A stretch of DNA of 63,228 bases, the filler included, from Sphacelaria rigidula (Eukaryota), in assembly GCA_964200075.2 (NCBI GenBank). It is 11 parts of 11 records of this genome, joined end to end, with 100 filler letters (N's around TTAATTAATTAA, not from the genome) between each part and the next. Parts side by side here need not be neighbours in the genome. Positions count along the whole stretch, not along the records: positions 46,060 to 51,716 come from CAXNAA020025500.1; positions 51,817 to 57,472 come from CAXNAA020025501.1; positions 57,573 to 63,228 come from CAXNAA020025502.1; 8 more parts are not named here. One strand, 5' to 3'. Every line of letters starts with the position of its first letter. Within the stretch, counting starts at the first letter, position 1. This document shows, in pieces, positions 50,678-63,228 of the stretch. The translations under genes and the position numbers were made by a program. Under the pieces are notes generated by a model. The model worked only from the letters and a program-made list of their open reading frames with translations, was not told the origin of the DNA and made no database searches.

Positions 50678-52033
50678 CCCCACGTGGTCAATGGTCAAAT
50701 GACTAAGGCAAGCAACAAATGAGCACGTCCTCTCCCCTGGCTGCTGAGGGGGCCCCGTCGGGGGCGACGCCGGAGGCCAGAAAATTACGCCATTTGGCTT
50801 CATATCTCTTCAAAATCGCGGTGAATTCTAGCCTCCTAGCGCTAGTATTTCGAGCACGTAATCGGTGCATAAAAATATATATGTAGGGGGAAGAGAAAAT
50901 ATCACTGAACTTTGCGACGTGAATTGAAAAAACGAGGCGGTAAGACAGTAGTGTAGCATACATAGCGTTCCCTGTGTACCACCCAAGCGCCAGGAACTAC
51001 CGGTAGCACGACAACTCGGTAGCGTTATTGAGTGTGACCTCATCAGCCGGGAAAATTGACCAGAAATCTCTACTCTTCATCATGCTTCCGTATCACATTG
51101 ACCAGCCGCCACTGAACGCTTATGTCGCTTGATGCCGGCAGAATGAAACAAAGCTCACGCAACAACGCTATAAAACACAGTTTTGCTTTACATCTCAGGT
51201 GCGCTCAATCAACAACTGCCCGTGCCCAATCTCTATTTGTTTTTGTAGTAGAGGATATATATTTTGTTTGCGATATTCGTGTCTACGTCTAGGAGTGTAC
51301 GCTGTGCGGTCATGTACTCGCCTCTGTAAGAGCGTCCCCACGGTCATTCTAGTACGACAATACATGAAAATATTGACTTGAGTGTGACACATATGTCGGG
51401 TGAAATAACTGCTTCAACTGGTTACAAAACCGATCAGTTAACCAGTTGTACCAGTTGACTGTAACTGGTCCGTTAAACTGAGCATCCCACGCCACCTCTG
51501 GCACATTTGTTTGTTAGTGACATTGTTTTTTTTTCGAAACTCAACGCACCTATTCGCATCGACAGGTGGGTGTGATTGAGTATCTATTGTCAAGGGGATC
51601 TCGCCTCCTCGAGTCTTCTGCAGCGAGTTTTTCCGTTGTTTTTCTTAAGGCACCAGTACGTGGCAAAGTAGTCGGAGAGGTCACACGCGGGGACTGATTC
51701 CAGTACAAGTAGGTCTNNNNNNNNNNNNNNNNNNNNNNNNNNNNNNNNNNNNNNNNNNNNTTAATTAATTAANNNNNNNNNNNNNNNNNNNNNNNNNNNN
51801 NNNNNNNNNNNNNNNNGCCCGCCACCGATCGCGGACTCTGTAGTAGTCTGCGTACTGAGACGGTTGCTACCGCACTGCTAACTGTCACGTGAATTTGTTG
51901 TGTGCGGTATGGCACAAACCGTCCGCTGCACACATTGCGCCGCTTGCGATACGACTACTGTACCAAGCAGCGATCAGCTGAGGTAAGGGTTTGATACGCC
52001 ATCATTTCGATCCCTATTATACCAGTAGCTACT

Positions 52034-52064
<31 letters not shown>

Positions 52065-53037
52065 CGTGCGTGTGCGTGCGTGTGTGCGTGTGTGTTGCCA
52101 TCCCATCCATCCTGTACCTCGACGGGATTATATACGTGTTGGTTTACCGCAGGCTCGCCGCAGGTGGCACAAGCACACAATGCAAATGATAACCACTATC
52201 AGCGTCTGCACGCAGGCTAGATGATGGCCTCGGGTGTACAAATCCCCAGTTTTTTGTCAGGGACTATAATGTGGGGTTTTGAAAACTGTTTTCCCTGGAG
52301 AAAGTCTCTGAGAAAACTCGTCTTTTCTCAGAGACTTTCTTCAGTCTATAAGAAGCGGCCTTATCTCAATTTTTTAGCTAAAATTTTGGAATTGTGATTT
52401 GAAACTCAGGATAAAGTACCACAGAGGTATGCCGAATTAAAAAAAACAAATGGGCCCTCAGTTGTTTTTTGGGGAGAGGTTCGGGCGTTCCCGTAAAAAA
52501 TTGGCGGTTTCCATTCTAAAACGCCCCAAACCAGTGAAGAAAAAGATCAACCTGACCCACTGTGTTTCCTCAAAAATGCCCTAGCCACGGCCCACACAAA
52601 GTTTCAATACACAAACACCAAACGTAGGCCGGTCAGTGGCCTGCAAAATACTGTTTCGTATTTCTTCTGACCCCGTCACTAAACGGGCCATTGTAGGGCC
52701 AATGTTCAGAGTTGGACCCCGAAAATTGGTATGGACAATGAATAGGGCACAATAAAAACAATTACCAGTGCACACAAGTTTTTTTTCACATGAGTTGAGG
52801 GTAATAAACTGATACAACTGATTGTACTTCTGTGATACATTGCCTGAGCAATACATGGTGGGCTGCGTGACGCAAGACATCATATGAGAATACGAGTATG
52901 GCCTTGCTGTACCAACTGGCTGTAGAAGTGACGGTTGCGCTTTTTCACTGCACGGTACTGTAGTATTGTACTTGAATGACATGACAGCATAGACAACAGT
53001 ACACACAACAGTGCTGTATTGCATGCATCGGCTGTAG

Positions 53038-53425
53038 TACTACAACAGAAGCACTGTTCATAGTCTTGTGTGTACTGTCAGTGTGGTCCTGTATCTACAA
53101 GGCTTGGGTGCGTGGGCGGTCTGTACTGCAAAGCGACGTCTGTTCGCAACAAGCTGCATGTACACACCTAAACTGAGCTGCAAGTTCGCTGCACTGTACA
53201 GTTGTACTCGGTTGTACGGGCACCACAGACAACAGTACAGACACCACTGTTGTGTTGTATGCGTTGGATGTACTACAGTAGTAGCACTACCTTTCTCATA
53301 GTCTTGTGTGTACTGTCAGTCCGGTCTTGTCTCTACAAGGCTTGGGTGCGTGGGCAGTCTGTAAAGCATTGCGACGGCTCTTCGCAACATGCTGCGTGCA
53401 CAGACATGAACTGAGCTACAATATT
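53038..53425 (+). repeat. Tandem duplication, 238-bp period
   Basis: TCATAGTCTTGTGTGTACTGTCAGT...CTACAAGGCTTGGGTGCGTGGGC at ~53058 and ~53296. Confidence 0.9.
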
Positions 53426-55189
53426 GTACGGATTACATACAGCATAGACTGTCCTGCCTGTACAGCAGTCGTTATCGACCCTGCCCTCTACTGTTATGGG
53501 GTAAAGTGCCACCACGCTACTGGCGAGCGAAGGACAATGATGCAACATCCTGAATGCCGGGGAGCACCGGCGACAGCATAAGTAGTGATGGCAGCCAAGC
53601 CATCACAGGTGCTGCAGCGGGCTGTAATGTGTATTCAAACGTGTTCAAACGAGGCTCGAACGCTTTTTCAATAACGTTTTTCGATAGCCCAAGGTTAGTG
53701 ATTTTCTGATAACTTTAGGCTATCGGAAAATGTTATCAGAAAAGTTTATATCAGAAAACGCGTTTTCTGTTCACATAGTAAGTGGGTTTTTGGCCATTTG
53801 TCAGAAAACGCGCTTCCTGATAGAGTTTTTTTATACATAAGAAGTAGCCTCAGTCCAGCATTTTCTGCAGATGACCTCTTTTCGTTTTTTTTCCCATAAC
53901 ATTTTCCAGGAGCACTCGAAAGTCCTAGCGTCGATAGTTTTGGCAAATAAGCAGACCGTGCTCAAATCACAATGTCCAAGTTCGTGTTGTGGGGACGATA
54001 CGGAGTAAAGACGCCGTTTTTCAGGAAGGTGTTTTTGACCGTGAATCGTCCAAGAAACATAGTTGTCTGGCTTGAGCGCAGTGAACAGGTGGAATTTAAA
54101 AAAAATGCTCCTTTTTGAGTCTTCACTTATATAATCGGGATCGAGTCGGTCCACCGAAAATGCCAATAAGCTAGAACTTGGGGTTACACTTTCGCAGGAC
54201 TGACTCCCGAAGATCGGTCAAGCCCGTAAGTCACTCAATATTGATCGCATATATATTTTTTTTCAATATTTGTCAAGAGGATCATAATATCTCCAGATGC
54301 CTATGTTTTGGCATCCAACAGTCACTGTGATGAGCGGTGGCAACCGAAACAAATTTGGAAAATCTTTAAAAACCAAGAAATTACGAATTCTGCATACTTT
54401 TGACCCTAACTACTGTAGTCCAAGAGTGTCCAAGAGTTTCCCGAGCGTGGGGGGTCCTTGAAAATTTTGTGTCTTGATGGGTTTGTTGTGCAATATGGTG
54501 GATCCCGAAAGAGGGCAAATGTCCTCTTTGATGGTGGATCTGCCCTCATGTTCCCGTACAGGTGGACGACATTGACCGACCTCGTAGCCATGTTCAAAAT
54601 CATTGAGGCTTTGTCTCATCGAGACACATGACACCAGTTTGTAAAATCAGTTTGTAAACAGATTTGCGCGCCCAACGACCACTTTCAGCTACATCGAGAG
54701 CACATACTCCATACAGAGTGCGACAGATGTTAAGAAACTCTCATTTGGAGCGAGGCTCAGCGTCTTTTTTTGTCTCCGATTACAACAGAAAGAGATGCAA
54801 AACGCCTCATGCTTGATTTTGAAATTCTTATATTGCACATGCATCTAATACATCATTTTTTTCCTTGAGCGCTTGACAAGAATCATGTTTAACACATTGC
54901 ATCCATCACTCGTACTTCACCCGGTTTTCATTATATGGCGAAGCTTTCCAGGACTGCAGGGATAAAAGTTCATGTTGCCCACCTCCGACGACTACAAAAC
55001 TGATGTAACACTGTACCACTATAGCCACAGAACAGCCACTCAGTCGACATGGTCGACATTACGCATGTTGGGCGTCAATACTCCCCCCCTGCTACTGACT
55101 GCCGGGTTTTCCGGCTCGTTTCTGAACCTCCGCGCTGGCATTTCTACCCACGCCCCCTACCGACTGTATCCCCCCCTCTGCTGTTTGTT

Positions 55190-55443
55190 AGTAGGTTCTA
55201 GTGCAATCCTTGAGTCCATCAGTGCGCTTGCGTCCGTGCTGTATCCAGCTAACGGTAGTTTCATGCTTCGCACGCATGATCTTCTTCAAGATGCACACGG
55301 TGGTCGTCCACTTCTTTCGTGCGCTCCTGACTCTTGCGAGTGATCAGGCCACCAAACCACCCCATACCCAATCTTGACAACACTCCACGTTTTACTAGAG
55401 AGCTGTCTACTGTACGAATTTTGTACAAATTGTCATTATCCAT
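55190..55443 (-). pseudogene. Frameshifted coding remnant, Tudor/SH3-like beta-barrel pattern
   Basis: LVKRGVLSRLGMGWFGGLITRKSQERTKEVDDHRVHLEED / VRSMKLPLAGYSTDASA; GW-F-x-G-x-I pattern. Confidence 0.4.
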
Positions 55444-56289
55444 GGGGTGACCCAGTGGAGATCAATGTTGTTTGCCAAGGAGGCAGCTTGTTCGGGGGCC
55501 TGATGTAGCCATGGTACTTGTGGAGGTAGTTTCTTACTATTCTGAGGTGCAGAGCATTCTTGCAGATTCTCACCTGCCGACCCCCTTGCATTTTCCGATT
55601 TCTAATTCTTGTTTTCCCCTTGAAGCTTCAGCACAAGTGCTGACCCGTGAATTCCTATGAATGAAAAAATATGAATGAAAAAAAACGAGCCTGAGATCCT
55701 CAACTACGAACTTCTTGACATCTGTCGCGCTCTGTATTTCTCAGCCTTTTCTCCGTGTTGGGGCGATCTTCGGTTAGGATCCTCGCTTGGGGTCATATTC
55801 CATTTCAAATGGTCATCCCCCGTGATTTGTTTTTACCCTTGACGGAAGGAGGAAACCCAACTCAACACTTACATCGCAAGCGAGTTCGTGTGCTGATTAC
55901 CCAAAGGCTCGGCTAGACTGCCTCGCGGCAGTCGTGTGGAGAAGGCGCCTCGAGCGTTCGGTAGCTTTACTCAAGGCAGTGTGGGGGATGAATTGTACTG
56001 CAACGAGGGTTGGTGCTCAAACAATCAAGATCGTTCGGGACACGTTGTGTAGTATACGGTACGGCATGGGAGTATGGCAAGGTACGACTGACAGTTGCAT
56101 GGGATAGCAGTCTCCTGTGGTCTCACCAATATATTGACTTGTATATTGGTCGGCTCCGTCGTGACGTCGTTACAAATGCACGCCTCCTGGATTAATTTCT
56201 GTTCGAAATTGAGCTAATTTATACCGCTCGAAAGCAGCGTTGTACCCACACGTGAAGGGGCGGCATATTTCCAAGCGCCACACACATTT

Positions 56290-56515
56290 GTTTTTTTCCT
56301 TGACGGTAGGAGGACACCCAACCCAACACTTACACCGCAAGCGAGTTTCGCAAGCGAGTTCGTGTGCCGATTACCCAGAGGCTCGGCTAGACCACCTCGC
56401 GGCAGCCATGTGGAGAAGGCACCTCGAGCGGTGGCTCAAGGCAGTGTGGAGGATGCTCCCACTAAAACCCTCGATCAACTTGGTGCAGTGCACGCGCCGC
56501 CCTGCTCTCAGGAGC
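56290..56515 (+). repeat. Unclassified dispersed repeat; copies at ~40960-41180 and ~55830-55990
   Basis: CTTGACGG.AGGAGGA.ACCCAAC.CAACACTTACA.CGCAAGCGAGTTCGTGTGC.GATTACCCA.AGGCTCGGCTAGAC shared. Confidence 0.85.
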
Positions 56516-57572
56516 TTCGGCCCTACGGGCGCCACACACATGGAGTTTCTATGAGCCCGGGCGGGGCGGGGAGGCTGTACTCATGATCTTGCATGCCGTA
56601 GTCATGCCATCTACCTGGCATCCTTTCAAAGCCGGGACCGAGCATGCCAGGTTCTCGCCGGACCAGGCTCGCGATCACCAAGCACGAAGCGCCGTGATAT
56701 GTGGGTCGAGTCGCATGCCAGCGGGACGGGGGAGCGGAGGGGGGGTGTACTCATGAAGGGTGAGCCGCATCCTGCTAAGATTGTTCGGCCCGAAGCGCAC
56801 TGATTATCTTGCATCTGGATGACGGCCTCCAATGAGTTGCTTCATTTTCTGATATCGTCACTTCCAGAGACAGCCTCGGCTTACACACTGCCTCATGGGT
56901 GTCTCACCAGGTGTCTCACCTGTTAAACACTACGTAGAGTAGTGGGCGATCTAACTACCGTATTCATTTTATGGCATTTTGTGATTTTTTCGTAAACGGC
57001 GATTTTCTCGGACTCTTTTCGCTTGCCATCGCTTATCACATCGGGGATCTGAAAATGCTTGTATCCGCCCCACATTCCGAGAAGAAAAGAACATCGATAC
57101 TCAATATTGAGTGACTTACGGGCTGACCGGTCATCGGGGGTTTCGCCACGTTTCAGCCCAGATTCCTACTCTTCTGTATTTTCGGTCGATCGAGCCTGTC
57201 CCGATCATTTCTGTGAAAAAATGTGCAGTTTCATTTTCAAGAAATTCAGCCTACGTACTGCACTAGGGCCGAAAAACTGTGTTTCACGGTCAAAAACACC
57301 CTCCTGATAAACGGGGTTTTTACTCGTTTCGCCCGATAACACCAACTGGCACTGACTTGGGCACTGTGTTTCGAGTATAGTCTATCCATTGTTCCAAAAT
57401 CTACCGACGCTAGCAATTTCGAGTTCTATCGAAGAGTAGTACGCTAGGAAATGCCCGAAACACCCCTAAATANNNNNNNNNNNNNNNNNNNNNNNNNNNN
57501 NNNNNNNNNNNNNNNNTTAATTAATTAANNNNNNNNNNNNNNNNNNNNNNNNNNNNNNNNNNNNNNNNNNNN

Positions 57573-57623
<51 letters not shown>
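57573..57623. repeat. (AAT)n microsatellite at contig start
   Basis: Directly visible. Confidence 0.97.
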
Positions 57624-57627
<4 letters not shown>

Positions 57628-58696
57628 TGAATAACACTGATATATTTTCGACTTGCGTCACCCCCGGGAGGCCAGTACCAACCTCCCGAAGGGGAGTCTT
57701 GTATATATGTATATATATGTATATATCGGCACAGGTGACGTACGGTAAGAGTATGCTATTTTTCTCTTCTCATGACTGTTTTTTTTCTTTTCTCTCTTCA
57801 TTTCCATGCCGCTTGCTTCTTTTACTTCCTTTTTTTTCCCCATCCGAGCGTTTTATGCCGATAAAAGTGTACTCATGTCCTGTGGCCGTGAAAGAGTGAG
57901 CACCTGTATTCCGCCATTACAGCGATATAATAACTGACGAAATTTGTTGGTTGCGCACCCTCGAAAGTAAATCACATTTTCAAAAAAATTACTGCGTAAA
58001 ATATGAAATATGGTGTCCATTGCGAAAATAGAAGCAATAGTCGATACTGTACGCTTTACAATTTTTGACAGTGTAATCTATTGTCATCATCCAGCGTGTG
58101 GTTGATTTGACGACAGTTGACGCGATGCGGGAGTGAGTACTGATCAAATCTTGGAGACAGAAAAACAAGGCGTGTACTGGGGGGTGTACTCATGGTCTTG
58201 CATGCCTTAGTCATTAGATTATAGACATCGCATCCCTACAAAGCCGGGACGGAGCACGCCGGGTTTTCGTCGGACCAGGCTCGCGATAAATCACCAAGCG
58301 CGAAGCGCCGTGGTGTGTTCGGCGATTCGCACGAAGAGTGAGCTGCATCCTCCCAAGCTTGTTCGGCCCGAAGCTCACTGATCATCTTGCATTTGGATGA
58401 CAGCCTCTAATGAGTAGCTTCATTTGTGATATTGCCACTTCCAGAGACAGCCACGGCTTACCCACTGCCTCATGGGTGTTCTACCGGACCAAGTGGGGGG
58501 GGGGTAGGGCGGGTACTCCGTTGTTGCTTGCCTCAGTCGTTCGACCATTGACTATGCATCCCTTTCGAGACGGAGCACCCTTTCTACTCGTAATAGAGAC
58601 GCCTCCAACACTCGGGTGCCCGTTGCGTTCCTTCCATACGTTAACCCCTTCTTGTCTTCTTCCTGTCTGTGGCCACCATGTGTCTCCTACTTAGTA

Positions 58697-59302
58697 CGAG
58701 CTGGGCCAGCAGTAAATCGCACATTCGCTTTCCACACCCCAAGTTCTCAAGTTTTCGAAATCAGCGCGACTTGAGCATACCGCTGTAAAGTGCAGACCAA
58801 CCTGGTAACACACGGCACCGCCGCTGAATGAAAAAAAATAATGGGAAAATATATATCGCATAATATATGAACTTTACGACGGACGAAAAAAAAAGAGAAT
58901 CTGTCGAGATTCGAACTCATGACCTCCATAATTGGAGTCTCCTGTACCACTTGAATTAAACAGGCCCGGCCGTGTCACACAAAAAGTGCGATGTGGCACC
59001 TAATTTTGAGGTATTTTTGGCTGAAACTTTACCAGGATGTCGTTGACGCGCGTGCCCGTATATGTTGGAGCGTTATCGTCGGTTTTATCATTTTTAAGGG
59101 AAGTTATTACATTTTTTCCAGTCTTTGCTGAAACTCCAAGTCGCTCTGACTCTCGTTTTTTTTTTTTCCCCTCTATTCCACCAATAGGATTCCAGGGGTT
59201 GATGACAAAAATGTCGTGTCAAATTTTCAGCGCCTAACTCTTCGAATTGCTAATCGCATCTCCACTCTTTATTAAAAAATCACCATAAGCTGGCCCAGCT
59301 CC
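58697..59302 (-). mobile_element. Tc1/mariner-type MITE containing a tRNA-like segment (copy 1)
   Basis: TA-CGAGCTGGGCCAGC ... GCTGGCCCAGCTCC; 606 bp; the 58697-58980 half is the reverse complement of the right half of 60998-61602. Confidence 0.8.
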
Positions 59303-59646
59303 TGTAGCGATCGTTCTCTTGCCACTGCCTAATGAACCAAAGGGGTGTGCCGGAGAGAGAAAGATGGGTTGATTCCTTGAGACCAGTGGGCCACGGACTC
59401 GTCCCGAAGAAGGGAAAGGGTACAGAGTGTGACAAAATGCGAGAAAGTGACGCACCCCCGGCATCGGAGGAATAATGCTTTTACATGTGTGCGTTGTCCG
59501 AGAATCTTCTCACCCATGGGGTTTCGGTACCCTCTGTTCGTGTGTCAAAACCTTGCTGAAGGATTCTTGATTTTTTGTCTTCCTTTGAGTTCCGTTTTTC
59601 TTGAGTACGTCTATTATGAGACCACGGCTGGACCCCTGGGGGTTAA

Positions 59647-59744
59647 CCCTTTTACCGCGAAGTTAGTCTTCTGTTGAATCGGCATCAATTTCAAGTGAAA
59701 AAAAGTAAGCATGATCCAGGAAGACGAATCTCGCGGTCTAAGGG
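59647..59744. mobile_element. piggyBac-type MITE (98 bp)
   Basis: TTAA-CCCTTTTACCGCGA ... TCGCGGTCTAAGGG-TTAA; homologous host tails at ~18503 and ~61850 carry a single TTAA. Confidence 0.88.
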
Positions 59745-59810
59745 TTAAAGTGCGACAATCAATCAATCATCAATCATCTCGAGACCCGCTGGTATACATC
59801 CATACAAATG

Positions 59811-59839
<29 letters not shown>

Positions 59840-59843
<4 letters not shown>

Positions 59844-60565
59844 AGTCTGCAAGCAAAGTCGGTGATTTTTTTAATACTGGATATTTTTTGGGCGATTTTT
59901 CGCGTGCCACCGCTCATCACAGTGAACGTTTGATTTCCATTCCAAAGTTTGGGTTATCGGGAGATACTAGCATCCGCTCCACATTCCGAGAAGAAAAAAA
60001 AAATGCAACCAATTGAAAACAATTATTATATATATGTATTAATAATGAATGAATGAATGAATGAATGAATGAATGAATGAATGAATTATTGTTTGGGGAT
60101 GGGATGGGATGGTTAGATGGTTGATTGGATTAAATTTTTTGGACAAGGGAAAGAAAAATTGAACGACTTGTGGGGTGACCGGTCCTGAGGGCTCCTGCGA
60201 GTTCACAGCCCCAGTTCATGACTCTTGGGCATGTTTTCTCTATTGAACCGATCCCGATCGTTTTCTTGAAAAACTATAAATAACTGCTGTTATGAAATTA
60301 TGCCTTTTTATTGCGCTAGAGCCGAAAAATTATGTTTTTTGGAGCAATTACGGTGAATAACACCCTACTGATGAACGACGTCTTACTCCGTATTACCCTG
60401 ACAACACCAACTTCGAGATTGTGTCCTCAGCACGACCTGTTAATTATTTTCCCCAACATCCATAGACTCTAGCAATGCCGAGTGCGAAGGAAAAATAATG
60501 TATATGCGAGAAAATTGAAAAGAGAACGAATCACAAAATTCGCTTACCTTGCTTGCAGACTACTG
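59840..60565. mobile_element. MITE (Tc1/mariner-like termini); diverged relatives at ~53860-54419(-) and ~56960-57472(+)
   Basis: TIR TAGTAGTCTGCAAGCAA / TTGCTTGCAGACTACTG; shared internal blocks (CCACATTCCGAGAAGAAAA; GCCACCGCTCATCACAGTGA); internal (GAAT)n at ~60045-60085. Confidence 0.75.
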
Positions 60566-60616
60566 CAAACATGAAACAATGCAAAAAACCCGCGAAATAT
60601 CAACCCCTGCCTGATA

Positions 60617-60920
60617 CAATATTGCAAGGGTATGTTGGGCAGAGGTAAATATCCGGATATTCACCTCTGCGCTCATCATGCTCTCAAGTTGAGCTGTCGT
60701 TCTATCTGCCCTCGAACTTTGTGTCGCTGTGGTCCGATCTTCACACTCTACGCAAATATTGGGTAGGTTTAGGTACGATGGTATTACTGTACCCAATATC
60801 TGGCTCTTGTTCAGCACAATTTCAACAATCTACCCGATTTTGGGTGCTTACAGTACATTTTTTTCAAAACTTCCCAAAAATGGGAAATACTCTACCCAAC
60901 AACACACCCTTGCAATATTG
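60617..60920. mobile_element. MITE (304 bp)
   Basis: Perfect 15-bp TIR CAATATTGCAAGGGT / ACCCTTGCAATATTG, preceded by TA. Confidence 0.75.
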
Positions 60921-60997
60921 TGAAGTGAAGACTCAAGATTAGCTTTAGCGTGCTTTAAATTATGTCGACAAGAAGATAACGTGGACGCGGACAGCTA

Positions 60998-61602
60998 CGA
61001 ACTGGGCCAGCCAAGAGTACGTGTGAATCTCGCTCAGGCGACGCACGGCGCGATATCAGGAGTTGGACGCGGAAGTTTTGACAGCAGCTTTTCATGATCA
61101 AAACGCAGAAGGTCACGGTTCCAGCAAGTAAAAAATAAAATAAAATAAAAAGTTGTGGGCATTTGAAATTCCAGCAACAACAAGATAATGCCGTAAGTCC
61201 ACGAAAAAAAAGGAAAATCTGCAGCTGGACTCTTGAAGCATCAGTCCCTTGGGCGCAGAGGGTCTTTCTGAAATTTCAGCTCAAGACGCGTCGAATTGGG
61301 CCGTGCGTTTAACATTTTCCGTGACGCTGCTGCACCCGTATAAATCAAGTGATGGGAGACTCCAATTATGAAGGTCATGAGTTCGAATCCCAACATGTTA
61401 TTTCTTTTTTCGTCCGTCGTTAAGGTCATACATTATGCAGTACATTTTTTTTCATGTTTTTTTTCCATCCAGCGGCGGTGCCGTGTGTCACCAGGTTGGT
61501 CTACACTTCACAGTGATACGCTTACATCGGGTTCATTCGGGAAACTGGGGAAGCCGTGGTGGTTTGAGCAAGTTTTAGCAGCTTTTAAGCTGGCCCAGCT
61601 CG
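60998..61602 (+). mobile_element. Tc1/mariner-type MITE containing a tRNA-like segment (copy 2)
   Basis: TA-CGAACTGGGCCAGC ... GCTGGCCCAGCTCG-TA; 605 bp; A/B-box-like motifs at ~61340-61392. Confidence 0.85.
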
Positions 61603-62251
61603 TATCAACGCCCGGCTCTGCCAGTAGTATTGCTCGTTAACTTCCGTAAAATCCTGCGGGCCTGTGTAGCCATTCATGTCTTGAAACGTTTTTCACCAGC
61701 GCACACTGTAGTCATTTTCCAAGGAAGGTTGTGCTCTGTAGGGTGCGTTTGTTTTTTTCTTGTATCCCGGGTAATATTACCTGTACCCGACAGTTCTGTG
61801 GGAGTTTTTGATTGATTGATTGATTGATTGATGGATTGATTGTCGCACTTTAACTGGCCCCCCAGGGATCCAGCCGTAATCTGCAAGCCTCATATCATAC
61901 TGGTACCCGACAGTTCTGAAAGATCTTTAAGAAAATCTCATATCCTACCGAAAATACCCGTGTCCTACAGAACATATGTATATATATTTTTACCACCAGC
62001 GGATCTCGTGTGAGAGCTTCGGCGTGCCGTGGTATGATTTTATCCATGTAAACAAGTGTATCGTTCCATTAACTATCGGCAGTGTAATAAAAATACTTTT
62101 GGTTCTGTTCGTAAGTCATTCCGCACCCTGGACAATAGTACATATATGATCAATAGTTGCAATAGACAAAGATTGCCGACAGTACTAACAATAGGTCCAG
62201 TCTTTACGCAGTAGTACCTTTTTTTTGTCTATTTCAACTATTGATGTATTT

Positions 62252-62509
62252 GACGGTTCGGACGAATCAACGACGGTTCGAATCACTAAATCCACGATTT
62301 CTTAGGCCTGATTGCTCGAAAGAGAGAAAAAAGCCGAACGCGGGTGAAACAGGTCTCCACGCAGCTTTTGCGCCATTCCACGTGCCTCGGCTGCGCGTAC
62401 CTGGGTTACAACGCTGAGAACAAAGCCTAAGGATTGATTCGTACGGTACGAATCAATTACACTAAAATCAAGTAATTTTCGGACGAATCATTAGTTCGTC
62501 CGACCCTTG
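62252..62509. mobile_element. hAT MITE (258 bp) nested in a CACCCTGGACA MITE (62124-62526)
   Basis: TIR GACGGTTCGGACGAA / TTCGTCCGACCCTTG; 8-bp TSD ATGTATTT/ATGTACTT; host TIR resumes after the TSD. Confidence 0.8.
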
Positions 62510-62664
62510 ATGTACTTTCCAGGGTGTGAAACAAGGACACCCTGGACAAGAGACATGCGGTTAATTATTGCAGAAGGAAAAACAAAATGGTACTGCATAC
62601 AGTATAGGCGTAGTGCAACACTACTTTTCCACCGACAATAGTTGTCGCATGGTGCCTATAATTA

Positions 62665-62936
62665 GTGTGTTGTCATCACATCTATTCTGGACGTCAGTCT
62701 ACACCTTTCGGTGTATGTGGGCGATTCAGCCGGGGTCACCCACAGGAGGAAGGCCAACACAGGAGTTTATTTTTATTTATTTTCATGTTTCGGTTCTACA
62801 CCTTCCTCCTGCGGTGCTTGCCTCCTTTTTTTTCATTTTTATTGCGAGAAGAGGGATTCAGCAGTCCATTTTCCCTCGTCGACCGTCAAGTCGACTTCTG
62901 TGTATACCCACAACATAGTCGTTCTCCGCTGTTGGG
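62665..62936 (-). mobile_element. Probable LINE/SINE 3' region ending in (CA)n; second copy 11517-11592(+)
   Basis: GTGTGTTGTC.TC.CATC.ATTCTGGACG.C.GT.TACACCTTTCGGT.TATGTGGGCG shared by both loci; interrupts a MITE at 62539-63050. Confidence 0.6.
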
Positions 62937-63228
62937 CGCGGTGTACAAAAATCCCCCAGATCGTGTGTGTGACTACACCGAGACATCCTTTACGCAGTAC
63001 AACTTTGCTTCTCCTGTTGCAACTATTGAACCATATATTGTCCAGGAATGTTTGATCCACCTTTTGACCCCCAAACAGGGAAAACCGCCAACACACGTCT
63101 CGGACACCCTGCATCACCCCACAGAGAGGAGCCTAGCCTGCTTTTCAGATTCGCTTCGCTCCGAGGTTTCGAGATTGGCCGCTGAACAAAAATCCGAGTG
63201 CAATAAAATCTACGGCGATCTCCACAGA

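Noticed and set aside
50300..51490. hAT element bounded by AACTGG/CCAGTT-rich ends
   Set aside because: Subterminal-like repeats are present at both ends, but matching TIRs and a TSD could not be established.
5659..57572. Regular ~5.76-kb periodicity with a conserved TTAATTAATTAA motif
   Set aside because: Artificial spacer between length-sorted contigs; not a biological array, and it precludes cross-contig gene-cluster claims.

Overview
Eukaryotic, repeat-rich sequence, not a continuous locus. It consists of 11 unlinked scaffolds of 5658-5656 bp, sorted by decreasing length and joined by an artificial 100-bp spacer (44N-TTAATTAATTAA-44N, stops in all six frames), so no synteny can be read across spacers. 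Splice signals, long introns, poly-G/C tracts and repeat types suggest a brown alga or related stramenopile (inference, unverified). Almost all ORFs in the six-frame track are spurious. Supported content: a decayed spliced Ulp1/SENP-like (C48) protease gene (contig 1); a degenerate Ty1/copia element inserted into a long-TIR element (contig 2); 5' exons of a probable DDM1/HELLS-type SNF2 gene (contig 3); partial spliced genes of unknown function (contigs 4, 7, 9); and many non-autonomous DNA transposons identified by TIR and TSD (hAT, PIF/Harbinger, Tc1/mariner, piggyBac), several of them nested. The most unusual signals are a high-copy ~500-bp non-coding element that ends at poly-C and shares a 3' stem-loop with a second family, and a mariner-type MITE carrying a tRNA-like Pol III promoter. 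No CRISPR array, rRNA or intact transposase/RT was seen. All homology calls come from motif recognition by eye, not database searches.
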